From the NCBI RefSeq assembly GCF_018977255.1, contig NW_024704742.1:32800001-32864000 (forward strand): a stretch of DNA of 64,000 nucleotides, in the 5' to 3' direction. This DNA comes from Callorhinchus milii (taxonomy: Eukaryota). Positions 60,664-64,000 of this stretch are shown one piece after another; the stretch's first letter is position 1, and every line of letters begins with the position of its first letter. Position numbers and translations under genes: made by a program. The notes beneath the pieces were generated by a model. That model ran no database searches. It had not been told where the DNA came from and was given only the letters and a program-made list of their open reading frames with translations.

Positions 60664-62439
60664 TGCTGGTGAGAACTGTTTGTTTGCAAACCCCAGTGGA
60701 TTGACTTCAAGATCCTCAACGTGACTTTCAAATCCCTTCATGATCTTGCTCTACCCTCATCTCTGAGATCTCTTGCAGTCCTATTCTCCTCTTCATACCT
60801 CCTCATACCTTGTTATTTCCTTTAGATCTTCTTTCCCTAGTATCAAATCCTTCTCAAATATCTCTTATTCTGATCGTGCCTTTGGCCAGCATTAATAAAC
60901 TCTCACCTCCTTCCCTTCCTGCTCCTATTCTTCATTGTAATACACTTGGAGACATTCATTCATTCTACATAACAAGGCACTATATAAGCAGGGTTGGTAA
61001 AAAAAAAAAAAATTGACGATAAAATAAGTTTTTTTTGTATTTGTGATCAATATGTTCAACTGAGAAAATGTCTGACTTCCTGGTCATCAGTTGGCCATGG
61101 ATGTCACTTGCGCATATGAATGGTAGTGTAATCCATAGTGACCTGTCAGCCTTTTGTGTTGTCTAAAAAAGAATTGAAACAATCAACAACAACTTGCATT
61201 TATATAGTGGCCTTCACTCATCAAAAAAACAAGTTTTGTGATGAAAATTTATTTTTGCAAAGAGAGTGGAACACTGCAAACCCCAAAAATATGTTTTATG
61301 CATTTCCACTAAGTCTGGTGTTGGGGGGTGGGGACAAGTTAAATACAATAATGGGTCCCGGGACCTGCTAGCCAGATGCATTTTATTTAATTTTCGTGCC
61401 TCAATCTTTCCTTTATTCTTTATTCTCACTCCATGGCTGTTTCTGGGACAATGTTGTGTGCAAACCGGCTGCCTTGTTCGCCCACAAAATACAAGTCAAT
61501 CCACTTTACAGTACATCCTGTGAAGTGCTTTGAGATATCTCGAGGGTGTAATAAGGTGTTATATCAAATGCAAGGATTATTATTATATATAAATTCAACT
61601 TGTACTTTGCTGCGGTCCAATGCCAATACATATATTAACTTTCACTTTAATGATTTATTTTAATGGATTTCATTTAATCAGTGCAGTTTGTTTGCATAGT
61701 AATTTACAGATGTCAATGAGTTGTTTGTCAGTTAATTTGATGAATTTCTATCAGAAATTTAGCAGTGTTAACTGCTGGTTAACTGCATATATTTCAACAT
61801 TTATTTAATTTAGTTGAAAACTCAAACGTGAATGATTACAACCTTTATATTGTATATTCCTGATTGGAAACAAGTCATATTTAAAATGTTTTTTCTAGAC
61901 TGGTTATAATTTGTACCAATGCACATAATCTTTAGCAGGGGTGCATGTTATTTTTCTGTGGTCTATAATCTCTCTCAAATAATCACGATGAGTTAAATTA
62001 ATAAAAGTAATCTAATAATTGTTTTGAAGAGACAAAGTATAATTTAATTGGATTGAATGAAACGAGAAGAGCATAATAAACCGTTTTGTTCAAAATAGTT
62101 GTACTTTGATATTGATTAAAATCACGTGTGTATGTGTGTGGGGGGCGGGGGAGGAAACATGCAGGACGTGCTAATTATTTATAAAGGCTTGTTAAAACAA
62201 TCAAAGTGCATGGTATTAATGGAAATAGGGTAGCATAGATAGAAAGTTGATTAACGGCTCATTTTAACAAGCCTCTTATGTAATACCTTATCAGAGACTT
62301 CTGAAAATCCATATACATCACATCCTAATGCCCCATTAAAAAAAAGCTGTAAGCTGTAAGAATATGTGGTCAAATCTCAGATTTCATCTAGTATGTGTAT
62401 TCCTTGTAAGGGTTAGTGGGAGACTCATGGAGCCTATCC

Positions 62440-62795
62440 AACAGCAACTTGCATTTATATAGCGCCCTTCACACAAGGTAGCATCCTGCAGTGCTTGACA
62501 GTGGTGGAGTCTGACAACAAGCCAAGGGGAGGGGGGAGATGATAGTTAGCACGATCGAAAAGGAAGGTCTTTAGGCGGGATGGTGGAGCGGAGTGCATGG
62601 GGGACAATTATGAAGCTGGAGCCAGCCGAGCGGAGGCAGCGGGTGGTGGAGTGGGAGGTCTGATATGTTAGTGGGGGTGTGAGGGAATGAAGAGATTTGA
62701 AAACGAGTGAAAGAATCTTGAAGTCAATCGGTTCAGTGATTGGAAGCCAGTGGAGCCTGGTAAGGACTGGTGTGATAAGAGTAGAGGTTTGTGCG
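62440..62795 (-). mobile_element. L2-type LINE 3' fragment
   Basis: ITPVLTRLHWLPITEPIDFKILSLVFKSLHSLTP. Confidence 0.85.
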
Positions 62796-62804
62796 GGTGA
62801 GTAT

Positions 62805-62990
62805 CCTTCTCGAAAGGGAGTAAGGCAAGGTTGTCCACCATCACCCATCGTATTTGATGTATTCATTAATAATTTATTGGACAGCATTGAGAAAGGACTT
62901 AGTGCATCTGTTCCAGATATATAAAAGGATTAGGGTACTTCTGTTTGCAGATGATATTGCATCTAGATAGACTCACCTGGAGATCTTGTA
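62805..62990 (+). mobile_element. Non-LTR reverse-transcriptase core fragment (not CR1/L2-like)
   Basis: GVRQGCPPSPIVFDVFINNLL, then after a frameshift LFADDIA at 62941-62961. Confidence 0.8.
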
Positions 62991-64000
62991 CACTGCACTC
63001 ATTATTTTAAACACTTCAGTGGGACATGGTGGTACTGCCCTCAATTTCAGTACATGGTCTTGAATGGCTCAAGAGGGAGATCCTTGAAGGTATTGCTTAA
63101 AAATAATCTTTGCATTTGACTAGAAGACGCAAGGGGAAATCATCCCAAAATTTGATTCATATCGGTAACTTGGTGTTGTGGACACCAACTTTTGCTTTGT
63201 ACACTGTCCCTCTTCAATGATAGCAAAGTTCCTATGTAAGTTAAGCATGTGGTGTATAAGACATGTGTCCAAAACAGTTCTCGTTTGTGGTTCCAAGCTA
63301 CAAGGCATGCAGTGGATGGGTTTCTTTTATCTGTTTACAAAGTAAATGGACCAAAGGGTGAGGTGCATTTGTGGTAAAATGGGAAGTGGCTGCAGGGGGG
63401 AAGGAAGGCTCTAGTCCACATTGATCTGTTCGGTACCTTTTAGGTGTAGTCAGCTTCATGGCAAGTACGTGCATTTGCCAAAGTCCCTCACGTGAGGACC
63501 GAAAAGTAGTTAAATTGTGTAAAGCTGATATGCAGAATTGGATATTGATTCCAAAACATCAAGGTGGCTGGCATGTTACAAATTGTCCTGTGTCGGTCCT
63601 CCCACCAATGTGAAGGCAGATATCTGTAAAACAGCTGATAAGGAAAATTCAACAGCTGCCAGAGGGCATTAACTGGAGCCTGGATTTGTGAACACAGGTT
63701 CACAGGGGCTTGGATTCCACCTTGGTTGGTATCCAGACAGTAAGCAGCTGCTGCTCAGGCTCTGCACCTCCTAGAACTACTGGGAATTATATGGGAAAGG
63801 ATATGTGTCCAAGCTGTGGGCAGAAAGATGGTGGCATTGTTCTCACACATTTCATTGGCTACGTTGTGCTGCTCACCAGGAAGCTCACAGGTAATTCCTC
63901 ATCGGCCTTCCAAACTCTTCCCTTCACAAGCTGCAGACCATCCAAAACTCCGCGGCTCGTTTACTCTCACGCACCAGGCTCCGTGACCCCATCACTCCCA

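Overview
This is vertebrate genomic DNA. The repeat landscape (tRNA/Deu-type SINEs, CR1 and L2 LINE fragments, a Penelope-like element) suggests a cartilaginous fish, possibly a holocephalan; that assignment is an inference. Three intact, spliced, plus-strand protein-coding genes were reconstructed by hand with canonical GT-AG junctions and continuous frames: TRMT10A (7 coding exons, 5244-13373, 357 aa), ADH5/class III alcohol dehydrogenase (GSNOR; 9 exons, 17514-27457, 377 aa), and a divergent EFCAB14-like type II membrane / coiled-coil / EF-hand gene (11 exons, 35890-60663, 448 aa). The ORF track misses most of the third gene. Notable points: (1) a single ADH gene sits where mammals have a multigene cluster; (2) a probable unannotated multi-exon minus-strand transcript diverges from the EFCAB14-like promoter; (3) upstream TRMT10A exons may toggle between a uORF and an N-terminal extension via tandem acceptors; (4) G-rich minisatellites lie in intron 1 of both housekeeping genes; (5) a young chimeric tRNA-Ala SINE family is present; (6) a Penelope-like element has an inverted pseudo-LTR and a hammerhead-like motif. 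The very long ORFs in the track are repeat artefacts. Homology calls come from recalled family sequences, not from database searches.
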